A stretch of 64,000 nucleotides of DNA from Vicugna vicugna. Taxonomy: Eukaryota. Positions 38,163 through 50,290 of the stretch are shown here, piece after piece. How positions within the stretch are numbered: the first letter of the stretch is position 1; each line of letters opens with the position of its first letter. The DNA is taken from NCBI GenBank assembly GCA_013265495.1, contig MU061560.1, positions 1 through 64,000 of the forward strand. The letters run 5' to 3'. The notes below the pieces were generated by a model, which saw only the letters and a program-made list of their open reading frames with translations, had not been told where the DNA came from and did no database searches. The position numbers and the translations under genes were made by a program.

Positions 38163-39404
38163 GGTTCTGCTATTTTAAAAGGAAGGAGTAATACTGAGAA
38201 CTGGACTTTGTCTGAACTAAGGATGAGGTGTGTTCTATAACCCAATCATATGTGTAAAACAGTTTTATCCTCTGATCCAAACTCTTGGTAAACAACTTGA
38301 CCAAGCCTGCATGAACTTTTCCTTTTTTCCCATAAAAATGCTTTACCCATTTTCCTCCAGTGGAAGGATAGATTCTGGATTCCTCTGGGAATCTGTGATC
38401 CCCAAGTTGCAATTCTAAGACCCCAAGTAATCTGCCTTTTTGCCCTCTTTACAGTCTGATCCTTTTGGCTACCAGTGACAACACTAATGAATGGCAGAGC
38501 CAGGATTCTAACCCAGGCAGCTAGGCTCCAGAATCCGTGCTCTTAGCTGTCACACTAGAGACAAGGGCTGGGGGTAAGTGGCGAGGTGGAGGAGGGAACT
38601 CAAAGAAATTAATACGAGCTGCCACTTACTGAACACGTATGTACCGAGTTCACTCGTTACTCAAAACCACTCTGTAAACTATTACCATCCTCATCTGTAA
38701 AATGAGGCTTGGGGAGGCTGATCAATGTAAGAGATTCTGAAGTCTTGAGAATTTTCCAGAAGGCCCCTGCATGTCTATTCCTGAAGTTGTTCCTTTCACT
38801 CCTTCCTGCACAGTGTCTTAGCCATTAACTGTTTCTCTCACTCATTTTGATAAATCCAAAAAATCGCCCAAACCATGGCTGCTAATTGTGTTGCTAATTG
38901 CAACACAATTCCCTCTTCTTCCAGGAATATTTTCTGGCCAAAACCAGCTGAATTTTGGCTGAAAATCCTCTCCCCTCCCCTAATGAAGATTCTATAAAAT
39001 TCTTGCCCCTTCTTTCCCCAAGATACACCATTTCTTGGCTCCTTCCAGGAGACTTCTCAGGCTTGACATTTTAAAAATAAATCCTTAGGCTAAAGGTGCT
39101 ATGGTTGATTTTTTTCCACATTAGTTTCCCCAAAGCCCCATGCCTAGGAAGTAATAAAACTGAGATTCAGACCCTGATCCTTTCATTGCTATACTCTACT
39201 GGTAATTTTCGGTTTTAAAAGTTACTGGTTGATTCGTTGATTTGCAGTTTGAAATACCCTTTCTCATGGAAGTGATATCATGGTTTGAACCCAGCCTTTT
39301 TGGCTGATATAACCACCCTGAGCTGCCATAAGTAGAGCAATAATGAAATGAAAGAACGAAATGAAAGATTGGAATTGAGTGAGTGAAAGAAGTTGGTTTT
39401 AGCA

Positions 39405-39517
39405 GAATGGCCAGGAGACCTTGGAGAGTGAAAGAGTTGTTATTAATAACTACCCTGGGACTGTAGGTATGAACTGGGACTATCCTGGACACACCAGGAC
39501 ATATCTGCTCTCTCTCT
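39405..39517 (-). mobile_element. MER81-like hAT MITE
   Basis: GAGAGTGAAAGAG...TTATTAATAACTAC...AACTGGGACTATCCTGGACACACCAGGACATAT matches the MER81 reverse complement as recalled. Confidence 0.7.
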
Positions 39518-39544
39518 AGGTTTAAGTCACAACTGAATGCCTTT

Positions 39545-39690
39545 CAGTAGGTCATCTGAAACTGCTTGAGCTTCAGTTTCTTCACTGTAAAATGGGAGTG
39601 TTGATGGTAGCTCACGGTTGGTGGTGAGAATGAAATGAGTATACAGTGTACATTTCACTTTGTAAAGTTCCATAGAAATACAACTTTTTG
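39545..39690 (+). mobile_element. MIR fragment
   Basis: GAGCTTCAGTTTCTTCACTGTAAAATGGG...GGTGAGAATGAAATGAG core. Confidence 0.75.
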
Positions 39691-40014
39691 ATGATAATTG
39701 CTCATATACTGCCCCTAGGTCTTTGGTACATTCGAGCACTATCACGCTGTATATTAATTGTTGATTTATGTTGCTCTCCTCTGATACTCTCCCTATCTGG
39801 GAAGCCTCTTTTCAACGGCAGTTAAGAGGCAGAGAAAGCAAACCAAGCAGCAAAGGGCCATAGGCACTCCCTTCCTTTACCAGGGCACAACAACTACCTG
39901 GAGAATAAATTCTATTTCCATCCAAAACAAAACAAAAACAAAAACTAAAACAATTTCTGAAACTGTATACTAGATCCATTAAACTATAACTTGCTTGTCT
40001 AATAAATAGTAAGT

Positions 40015-40575
40015 TGTAACCTGCCTTCACTGCCCAAGCTTGCTTTAATTGTTCCTGCAAACTGCATACCCCTCAAGCTTCACTTAGCTTAGACAATACA
40101 TCACTAGCCTCCTTTAACCACCCCCTACAGATAACACCTCTGACGTGCGGGTCACTATGGTAACAGTTGCCTAAGTTGTTTTTCAGGAACTTGGAGCTAG
40201 TTCTTGTGTAGTTCAGACCATCGACCATTCAGCTGGGCCTGCATGAGTGTCTGATGAGTGACCTTTTAACGTCAGAAGGCCCAAAACTCAACCCTGGGGA
40301 CATGGTAACATCGTCAGCACGAAGCTCAACTATGCTTGTGCCGACCACCAATTACCTCGTTTTTCTTACCTCCAACCACTTTTCCCCACACCTCAGACTG
40401 TTACCGAATCCAAGCTCATTCTGCCCGCCACACAACAGGCCAATAAATCGGGAGACGAGGTTTAGGGGCAAGGAATAGTGACTTTATTCAGAAAGCCAGC
40501 AGACCGAGAGGATGGCAGACTAATGTCTTGGAAAACCATCCTGCTCCAGTAAGAATACAGGCTCCTTTTGTACAA

Positions 40576-40606
<31 letters not shown>

Positions 40607-41128
40607 CAGGGGAGGAAGTGTGGGTGTTTTTGCAAACTTCTTGCTGTAGGAATCCTTTGTTCTTGCAGCCGTCCATGTGGGTCAGGTCATGGTGTCCCTG
40701 TAAACCTCCAACAAAACAAAGGTTATTTTCCATTCTGCAACTTGTTATCTTTATATAAGTGCAGAAGTGTTAATATCCTTAAAGGTCAGAGCCTTGAGAA
40801 CAGGCTCTCCTGTCTATTTCATGCTAAAGGCAACATTGTTTTATGAAAGGTGCAGAGCCAGCAAGACTAAGCCTAGAAAACAGGGCACAGTGGTTAAAAC
40901 CAAAGGAACAGATCCAATATAGAGTCCGATTTGTTCTCCTCTATTACAAGACCACCTCTTTATCCCTTAAATATCCCTAAACCCTACCTTGGTGGAGGTG
41001 AATTTGAGACTTGTTCTCTGGTCTCCTTGCTTGGCTGCCTCCTAAGTAATCCTCCTCTCTGCTGGGCACCTTGGTGTCTCAGTGTTTGGCTTGCTGTGGG
41101 TCAGGCGAATGAACCTGGTTCAGTAATA
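40015..41128 (+). mobile_element. older ERV1 solo LTR split by a family A LTR
   Basis: TGTAACC start; motifs GACCTTTTAACGTCAGAAGGCCCAAAACTC and GAATTTGAGACTTGTTCTC; ends AACCTGGTTCAGTAATA. Confidence 0.75.
40399..40948 (-). mobile_element. ERV1-type solo LTR, family A, copy 4
   Basis: TGTTACCG...CTATTACA. Perfect TSD AGAC (40395-40398 / 40949-40952). Internal (CAAAA)n expansion. Confidence 0.93.
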
Positions 41129-41764
41129 CTTTGTTTTCATTAAAGTATAATATGAATCAGTGTTGGTGAGTGAAACATCAAATTTATAAACACAAAGCCC
41201 CATCACCAAGCCAGTCAGAGAAAGATTCATGGATATTCGGTCCCCACGAAGTCCTTGAGCCAAGTCTCAGTTTACTCTTTATTTACAACCTAAACTCTTG
41301 CGCTCAGGTTGGCGTTATCCTTTGGCTACACTCAAACATCTCCCCCAGATCTCCCTCCAATGTGACACTTATTAGACCAATGTACTTTTCAGCCTTCACG
41401 GACTGCTCACGCCATTTCTCATTGTAATATTGTCTTCAAGAGGAAGCCCATTTCCATAGTAAGCAGTACATGCCTGGGGAGTCCATTTTGTGGGTTTCCC
41501 CCACTCCTTTAGTCAGCTTCCAGTGTGTCCTTTGCTTACTGGAGAGCTGGTAGTCTCAAGCCTGAAACAGAATTTGGCTTTCATTCTCTTATCTCATGGC
41601 TAAGAGCCGGAACTCCCTTCTATATTGTTGACCAGAGGAACTTTCCCATAGAATTGAAAATCCTCTAAATATCTCTATCTACATGACCTGTTCTCTACTT
41701 TCCAAAGCTTTTAATCAAATACAATTATTATTTTCAATGCTTTGTGTGTTTCATACATATAATC

Positions 41765-42920
41765 ATGGTTCATTTATTCATACATTTAACAAATATTCTT
41801 TGAGCACCTAGTACACGACAGGCATTGGTCTAGGTCTTGGGATAAAAATAGTGAACAAAACTCACTTTTTGCTCTCAGGGAATTTATATTCCACTGGGGA
41901 ACACACACACACAAAACTACAAATAAATGGATGATGTATCAAGTGGTAATAGGTGCTCTGGAGGAAAAATAAGACAGAACAAGGGGAATAGGCAGTCCGG
42001 GGGTCGGGGCAGAAATACAAAATAGTGCATAGGGCGCTAAGGGGAAGCTTCACAATGAAGGTGACATCTGAATAAATATGCTCAAACAGAAGGAAAAGTA
42101 AGTGCAAAGGTCCTGAGGTGGAAGCATGTTTGCGTGCAGAGAACAGAAAGGAAAGCAGTATGGCTGGAGCTGAGGGGCCGAGGGGAAGAATATAAGGAGA
42201 TGACATCAGGGAAGTTAGGAAGTAAGATCATGAGCGAACTAGGATGTTATTGGAGGTTTTGAGGCAAAGTATGACACGATCTGTCTTACGTTTAAACCGA
42301 ATGAAGAATAGATACAGAGAAGAATAGAGATTATTTAGGAAGTTACTGCAATAATCTACGCAAGAACTGATGATGATTGGGAACTGAATGGTAGCAGAGA
42401 AGTTCTACAAGATGCTCAGATTACAGATATTATGTTTTTGAATTTAAAGCCAATAATTTTTTTTAAAGGATTCACGTACAGTCTGAGAGAAAGAGAGACA
42501 TAAAGATGATTCCAAGATTTCTGCTCTAACTAAACGTGTAAAAGATTTTCTTTGCTGAGATGGGTGATGCTATAGAAGAAGTAGGTTTGGGAGGAAGTCA
42601 GGAGTTTGTTTTTAGATAACTTGAGTTTTAGAGGCCAAACTGACATCCAGGTGGTTATATTGAATAAGCAAGAGTTCAGAGGAGAGACCCAGGCTTGGAG
42701 ATACAAAGTGGGGAATTATCAGCTGGTAGATGATCTTTGAAGTCATACAAATAATTAAGTCCACCTAAGGAGCAAGAGAAGACAGAGACAGGAAGTGGTC
42801 CAAAGGGTGAGTTTTGTGACACATTAGCATTTAGAGTTTGGGGAGATGTAGAGGAATCTGCAAAGGATACTGAGAAGTAGCAGCCAGAGAGACAGGAGGG
42901 GGCTCAAGAGACAGTGATGA
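41765..42920 (-). mobile_element. L2a-like LINE 3' region
   Basis: L2 tail CATTTATTCATACATTTAACAAATATTCTTTGAGCACCTA and AAGTGCAAAGGTCCTGAGGTGG. Confidence 0.85.
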
Positions 42921-42921
42921 G

Positions 42922-43110
42922 CAGACACAAACCATGATATATAAAATAGATAAACAGCAAGCACAGGGAACCATATTCAACATCTTGTAATAGTCTATAA
43001 TGAAATAGAATATATATGTATAACTGTGTCACCAAGTTATACAACAGAAACCAATACAACATTGGAAATCAACTATTCTTCAATTAAAAAATTAAAATTA
43101 AAAAAAAAGT
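42922..43110 (+). mobile_element. short L1 3' end
   Basis: GCACAGGGAACCATATTCAACATCTTGTAATA...AATCAACTATTCTTCAATTAAAA. Confidence 0.85.
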
Positions 43111-43344
43111 GATGAAAGAGACCAAGGTGAAGAAAATGGTCATAATCATACTCTAAAGTAATATACTTTTTCCTTTTATCACATGCTGTAAATGCACTTG
43201 TTTATCTCCCTCACTAGACTCCAGGTTTTTGAGGCCTGGGAATGTATCATGGCCATTAATTAATTCCTCTTTCTCTAGGGGTAGCGTTAACTCAGTGCCT
43301 GCCACACGCCAGACTTTTTCTTGATGGGAATACTTTTCCTTCTT

Positions 43345-43910
43345 TTACAAAGCTTCTTATTTTGAAAAACAATTCAAATTCAAGAAAACTCGCAAGATTA
43401 GTACCATGAACTCTGGAACCCCCTTCACCTAAATCACCCATTATCAGTAAATATGGTGCCGCTTGCTTTTCTCTTTCTGTCTTTGGAACTAAGTTACAGA
43501 TATCCGGAACTGTCACACATAAATAATTTAGCACCTGTTGACTAAGAAAAAAGATATTCTCTTACAAAACCACAGTATAATGATCTAATTCACAGTATAA
43601 TGGCCAAGTTCATCAAATTTAGCATTGATAACACAGTTATAATCAATATGCAGTCCATACGCCAATCTCGTCCATCGTTCCAATAGCATCTGTGACAACC
43701 CTTCCCCGTCACACATATCATTTCCCTGTGTCCCTTTAGTCTCCTTTAATCTGGAACAGTTCCTCAGACTTTATCTTCTATGACATTGACACTTTTGAAG
43801 CACACAGACCAATAGATTTTTAGAGTGTTCATCCATTTGGATTTTCTCAATGCTTCCCCGTTTTTAGATTTCCTCCATTTTAGACAGGAAAATACATTAG
43901 TGATATTGTA
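43345..43910 (-). mobile_element. old L1MC-like 3'UTR
   Basis: TTATTTTGAAAAACAATTCAAATTCAAGAAAA and TTTAGTCTCCTTTAATCTGGAACAGTTCCTCAG. Confidence 0.75.
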
Positions 43911-44112
43911 TACAAATTAGAAACTCAGTGTTGGTTGAATTACTATTAAAGAAAGTAATTCACTAATTTCTTAAAGGAAAATTATGTCAAGTCAGAAACT
44001 AAGTGTCTGAGGTAGCTCCCTACTTACAAAGAGAGAGAAAGGGAGGGAGACAGATAAATAGACAGATAGATAACTAGTAGAAACATCAGGTCTCTGAATC
44101 AGAGAGCAGAAC

Positions 44113-44333
44113 CTTTTTTTTTAACACCTTTATTGTGGTATGATTCCTGTACAGTAAACGACACATATTTCAGATGTACAATTTGATGAATTTTGATAGA
44201 TGTATATACTCATGAAACCACCACTGCAATCAAGATAGCTAACATTTCCATCGCTCGCCATGAGGTACACATTTCAAATTCTCAATTTATCCCTTCCCAC
44301 CCCTTTTACCCCCTGGAAACCACAAGTTTGTGG
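44113..44333 (-). mobile_element. short L1 insertion with chimeric 3' terminus
   Basis: Poly(T) at left. TSD ATCAGAGAGCAGAAC / ATCAGAGATCAGAAC (44098-44112 / 44334-44348). Collinear with 37655-37880. Confidence 0.88.
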
Positions 44334-46179
44334 ATCAGAGATCAGAACTTTATTTACTCACTTTTTTTTTCAACGTGTATTAAGTTATTTACTTATTTTT
44401 CAAGATGTGCACACTCAAGTATTAAGTTGGCCAGGACAACTCATGGCTTCTAGGTATGTATAGGTCCTTCGACAGCTTGGGTTACAGACAACTTCATAGC
44501 TAGTGAATCACACACATGAGATAAAACAGGAAGCCTAAAACCCAAGCCATCCAAGGAAAACTGAGAGGGGGAGGAGGGAGGAGTAAGGAGGCAGCACCCC
44601 GTAGGGGAAATCAGCGCACAGCGCGGAGGAGCACGGAGGGATGGAAGGCAAGCTAACTTCAGTCTTCATCGACCGCAGCTTCGTCCCCCTCCTTCAGGTG
44701 ACGCAGTGAGATCGAAGTGGCTAAGCCCACATGTATGGAGGCATCAAACTGTGGGTGAGAGACTCTGAAATACGAATCTGGGAGTTTATGTAGGAAGAGA
44801 CAACCATTCCTCTTTCCCCTCCTCAAAGAAAAGAGAGAAATCATTGCCCCGGATGTGAACTAATGTGCCTTAGGAACAGCAGGATTCTTACCCTCTGGAA
44901 ACTTAATTAGCTAAACTGCCTCCATGGGGAAGATAACACCAACCTCTCTGAGATTACAACCAGGGTTTTCTCCTCTTTTGACGTGTACACACGTAGGGAA
45001 ATGGTTCTCTAAATCCTCCCGGAGGTCTCCCTAGGGAGGAGAGACAGTCTTCTATCCTGGAATGTAGGGCTTTGACTCCAGGTAAGATACGGGAAGTTTT
45101 ATTACCCTTTGAATGACAGCAAGTGGCTTGGCAATCAAGGCTGTAAGGAGCAAAAGTTCCCGAGGGACATAAAAACAAACATTCTCATCTTCACAGTAGA
45201 TCGGTATCCATGCTCAAGAGGCTGGGGTTTGGCAGAACACAGAAATTCAGGGAACTTGTTTTTGCACAGACGACAGTGCAAAATTTCAGAATGGGTAACA
45301 TCTGCCTTTGGTAACACATGGACATCCTTTCTTCACTGTTTCTCTCCCATTTAATGCACCTTTTCTCTGACTTTGGGTCTTTTGTGAGACTCTACCCTCA
45401 CCCTTCAACTTTGGGGTATGGAGCCCCATCCACAAACACTCTCTGCTACAATCATGTTTTGTGTCCACAAAATTAAAAGTCCCATACATTTAAGGCCATG
45501 AATCTTAACTAATTGTTAGAAGGAAAGCAAACTAACCCAGAATTGGCTATCAATCAAGTATGTGCTTTTAATAGCACAGTTTTTTGTGGGTTTTTTGTTT
45601 TTTGTTTTTTGAGTGCCAATATCATAGGTGGAGGGATTGTAAGAATGAAGTCAGGTAAAGTTTGTGAAAGCACACTTGTAATTTGTAAAATACCATTGAA
45701 ATGAATGTCAATTTGTATATTAACTATGACTGATACAACTGCATCAAGGCATGGGGACAAGAAGACACTATTTTAGTTCAGGACTTTATTAGTCTCTGTT
45801 CTGCCTCATGGTCACAAGATGGTTGCTGCCGCTCCAGACTCACATTTACATACACTCCTGGCAGAAAGAGGGATGGGAAGTAAAGAGTGAAAAGGGCAAA
45901 ATAAGCTTTGTCTTTTTATTCAGGAAGGGACACTATCTCAGAAATTACTACCTTCATTTTAGTGTGTGAAAATGTGCCACAGGACCAGCCCAGATGCCAA
46001 GGAAGTTGGAGAAGTGTTTTTAATTAGGCACACAACGACTTCAAATAAAATCAGCGCTCTATTAGGAAGAAGGATTGGATGGAGGGTGGGAGGTGACTAT
46101 TGTTAGGGTAGATAGTTAGCAGTGTTCACCCGTACACCAATTTTACTTCTAGGAATTTATCCTACAGTTACACCCACAG

Positions 46180-46649
46180 GTGCCCCTACCCAGATCCCTG
46201 GGGATCTCTGCTACCATTTTGGTGTTCCCCAACCCCCTCCCAGTAGCTCTGGGTGCTGCTGGGAATGGCTTCCACCTACAACCCCCTGAGGGCTGCCCTG
46301 AGACTAGCAGAGCCACCTGAATCTGAAGTGCCTGGGATCAGACGCTGCTTCCTGTACTTCCCACCCCTCGGGGTGGCCCATGGCTGGTGACTGTCTCTGT
46401 CTGAGTTCAAGGTTCTGATCCCTAGCCTAAGGGCAGAACAATTCTGCTTGGAGTATATGCTTCAGTGCTCCCTGTCGGAACAGACTGAATCTAGACTTCA
46501 CCTGAACCCCAGTCTAGCCTCACTTCTTCCCCTTCTGTGCCCTGCCTCCCTCCTTTACTTAGGTTTCTCCTGAGAGTGTTCTCCTAACAAATCACTTGCA
46601 CAAGAATCTCTACCAGAATCTCTGCTTTTAGGGAGACAGACCTAAGACA
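46180..46649 (+). mobile_element. LTR16-like ERVL solo LTR
   Basis: Terminal motif AAATCACTTGCACAAGAATCTC...TCTCTGCTTTTAGGGAGACAGACCTAAGACA. Confidence 0.75.
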
Positions 46650-46869
46650 CTCACATGTGTGATATGACTCAAACAAGATTACTCGTTGCTTCGTTATTTG
46701 TAATTGGAAAAGAACCTATGCTCTGGTAACAATTCTAGACTGGATCTTTCTATCAAAGGACATTGCTGGAACAATTGGGAAATTCATGTTAGAAATAGTG
46801 GATGATTAAATATAGCTACAGATCATTTGTAGCTCTTCCTGAAAAGAGGTGGAGTCTCTTTCCCTGCCT

Positions 46870-47429
46870 CCATTAGTCAGGGTTCTCCAGAGACCCAGAA
46901 CCAATAGGATAAATAGACATAGACACAGGCATAGACATAGACATAGACATAGATAAAGACATAGACAGACATAGACATAAGACATAGACATAGACATAGA
47001 CATAGACATAGACATAGACACAGATACGAGATTGACTCACATAGACCAAGAAGTCCAATGGTCTGCCATCTGCAAGCTGGAGAACCAAGTCAGTCGGTGG
47101 TGTAATTTCATCCGAGACTGATGGTGTAAGTCCTGGCCTGAGTCTGAGCACCCAAGAACCAGGCGTACCAATGTCTGGGGGCAGGAGAAGATGGATCTTT
47201 CAGCTCAAGCAGACAGAGCGAATTCACCCTTCCTTTTGGTTCTATTCAGGCCTTCAGTGGATTGCATCATGCCCACCTGCATTCGTGAGCATGATCTTTA
47301 CTCAGTTTACTGATTCACATGCCCTCTTTTCTGGAGATATCCTCACAGACACACTCAGAAGTAATGTTCTACAAGGTACCTGGGCATTCTTTAGTCTGGT
47401 CAAGTTGACAGAGAAAATTAACCATCACA
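46870..47429 (-). mobile_element. MLT2 (ERVL) solo LTR
   Basis: TTAGTCAGGGTTCTCCAGAGA...AGAACCAATAGG start and CAAGTTGACA...AAAATTAACCATCACA end. Confidence 0.9.
46912..47022 (+). repeat. (ACATAG)n hexanucleotide microsatellite
   Basis: About 18 imperfect units, at the position where MLT2 usually carries a simple repeat. Confidence 0.92.
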
Positions 47430-48389
47430 CCTACTCCTTGAATCTTAGGCTGGTCTTTTGACTTACCTTTGCCCAATAAAATGCAGAAGTGATGTTATAC
47501 AATTTCCAACCTTCAGCCTCCAAAGGTCTTGTACATCTGCTTTTGCTCGCTTGGAATTCTGCCTGAGACTACCATGTAAAGAAGCTCGGTCTAGCCTACT
47601 GGAGGATGAGGCCATAAACTGATGGGCATCCGTTGACAGCAAGCGCGAGCTCCAGGTGTGCGAATGATTACTGTAGCTACGTGAGTGACTCCAGGCAAGA
47701 CCAGCAGAAGAACCACTGAGCTGATTCCAGACCAAATTGCGATCCACAGAATGTGAGCAATAAATGGGTGCCATTTTAAGCTACTAACTTGGGGGGTGGT
47801 TTGTTATGAGACAAAGGCTAACTGAAATACACCTATCTGAGATAACTGGCTACTTTGGGTAATGAAATTGTTCATTAGAGTCATCAATGTGCAGAGTTTG
47901 GTCCTCAGCTCAAAGGCGTGGAAATCTTAAATTGTTAACAAAGCCAGAATTGGTCAGGCTCCGTGCATATACCATGATAACCAAACTCACAAGAAACTGC
48001 AATGTAAGCCAAGACACAAACATTTATAGTGAAAATTATGTATGTTTTCATGTCTTCTGTTTACGTAACTAGGAAGCATTTCTGCAATCAGAAGTTTACT
48101 TAGGGGAGGATGGATTTAGAGCAACAGGAAGTGTATAGTTTATACAGACTAAGAAATTCTTGATGCAAACTGTAATGAGGTAAAGTAAACCATCCTTATC
48201 CTACAATAGGATTAAACTGGGGCCCAGCCAGAGTATTTGTGTCAACCACAGTCAGTTTCCCTGGATGCTGACTAGGTGGTCAGTGCCAAAAATCTTGCTC
48301 TCTTGCTGTCCTTTACTTACCTCTTCTGACCTCTATTTTTATTGCAAAATACCTTTGGATGATGTGAAATTGACATATTAGCAATATTG

Positions 48390-50290
48390 AATACAATAAT
48401 ACTCTATGGTCATCCTATTTAAAGGTGTCATCTGTGCCTCACTCAAATAGTAAACTCTTCTACCTTTAATTTTGTGTTATCTTATTTTTTGTTTCTTTAT
48501 AGTAGTTACATATTTGTAAACAACATGTTGTTTCCTTTTGCCTATGTTTAAGCATAATATAATTTGAATCATACCACATATATTAATCTGAGATCTGCTT
48601 CTTTTGTGTAGCGATGTTTACCCATTACCCATGATGCATCTGTAGTTCATTCAGCTCTTTCTGCTTTATTCCACTGATGAATATACCACCACTTAACAAT
48701 TCTACTGTGCACTGACATAGGCAGGTTTTAGTTGGGGGCTATTATAAACGACATTGCTGAGAATATTCTTACATCATCTCCTGATGCTCATGTGCACAAC
48801 TTGGGGTTCTGATCTGGTTATAAAACTACTGAGCTTTAGGTTCTGCACATGTTCAACTTTGTGATGCAAAGTCCTTTCATACAGTAGTTGTATCAGTTTC
48901 CACGAGCATATGAACGTTGTCATTATTTCACATCCTCGCCTACACTTGGTATCATCAGATAAAAAATTGTCTTGCAAATCCAATGCCAAAGAAATGCTAA
49001 CTCACTGTTTTTAATTTGTGTTCCTTCATTTCTAATGAGGTTGTACAATTATTCACATTTATGGTTCCCATTCGATGAAAAGCCTTCTACCCATTTTTCT
49101 ATTTATTTTTCTTTTTTATTTATAAGAATTCTTTGTATATTCTAGATATTAATATTTTTAGTTATATGATTTGAGGATAACTGAAAATATTATTGTCTTT
49201 CACTTTATGATGTCTTTCAACAGATATTCTTTTCTTTTTAATAAATAGATATTCTTAATTTTAGTGTGGTTCAATTTGTCAGTCTTTTCCTTTGTCAAGT
49301 GTTTTTGTCATGCTTTTGTTTAAGAAACATTTGCCTACTTTATTTTCCTCTAACTGAAGAATAGTAGATTTACAATGTTGTGTTAATTTCCAGTGTACAA
49401 CATAGTGATTCATTTATACATTGGGTATATTCCTTTTCATAGTCTTCTTCATTATAGGCCATTACAACATATTGAATGTAGTTCCCTGTGCTATGCAGTA
49501 GGACCTTGTTTTTTATCTATCTTATATATACTAGTTAGTATGTACAAATCCCGAACTCCCAGTTTATCCCTCCCCACCCTGTTTCCCACCCTGGTAACCT
49601 TAAGTTTATTTCTCTGTCTGTGAGTCTGTCTCTGTTTTGTAAATAAGTTCATTTGCATCCTTTTTTTTTTCCAGATTCCACATAGTGATATATTACAGTA
49701 TTTTTCTTTCCCTTTCTGGCTTATTTCACTTAGTATGATGATGTCCAAGTCCATCCATGTTGCTCCAAATGCATTTGCCTATTTAAAGTAAAAATATTTT
49801 CTTACTTTGTTTTCCAACAGTTTTATAGCTTTGTCTTTAGTCTTTATAATTTAAGGCTTTAGTTTACCTAGAACTGTATTTTGTTCCAGGACCACTTAAT
49901 CATGAGCCATCCTTTCTCCACTGATCTATAATGCTGTTCTTTCATAAATCATATCTATACATGCAAGAAACTTTCTTCTGTGCTGTCTTTTCTGTTCCAT
50001 TGATCCATCTCATTTTTCTCTCCATCTCACTACCTAATATTACATTTTTTAAAGCAGAGTACTTGATTGTGGTTGGCCCTTCGTTCTTCAATAAAAATTT
50101 TAGAATCAGTTTGTTAAGTTACAAGATTTTAAAGATATCGAGGCTTCTTATCCAAAACATGGTACATCTCTACTTATTTAAGTTTTCTTTACTGTATCTC
50201 AATAAGCATTTATAATCTCCAAAAAGGGCTTATATATTTTCTGTTAAATTTATTCTAAGCACTTGAGGTTTTTTATAAAATATGTCTTTT
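48390..50290 (-). mobile_element. ancient L1 (L1ME-like) remnant
   Basis: T-rich strand with degenerate ORF2 and 3'UTR motifs. Confidence 0.65.
49341..49771 (-). mobile_element. L1 3'UTR insertion
   Basis: GTTCCCTGTGCTATGCAGTAGGACCTTG and GTCCATCCATGTTGCT. TSD CATTTGCCTA (49328-49337 / 49772-49781). Confidence 0.9.

Larger units (their letters stand above)
36508..38480 (+). mobile_element. older ERV solo LTR (pieces 36508-36631, ~37605-37654, 38163-38480)
   Basis: TGTGAAAAG start and CAGTGACA end exactly interrupt the MIR. Contains CATAAAA and CCCCAAGTTGCAATTCT motifs. Confidence 0.65.
36350..38560 (-). mobile_element. MIR split by nested LTR insertions (pieces 36350-36507 and 38481-38560)
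   Basis: GATGAGGAAACTGAAG...AAGTTAAGTCACCTGCTCAAGGTCA joins to TGGCAGAGCCAGGATTCTAACCCAGGCAG across the insertion. Confidence 0.8.
46795..47830 (+). mobile_element. MLT1-like LTR split by MLT2
   Basis: AAGAGGTGGAGTCT..., resumes CCTTGAATCTTAGGCTGG, ends GGTGGTTTGTTATGAGACAAAGGCTAACTGAAATACA. Confidence 0.75.
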
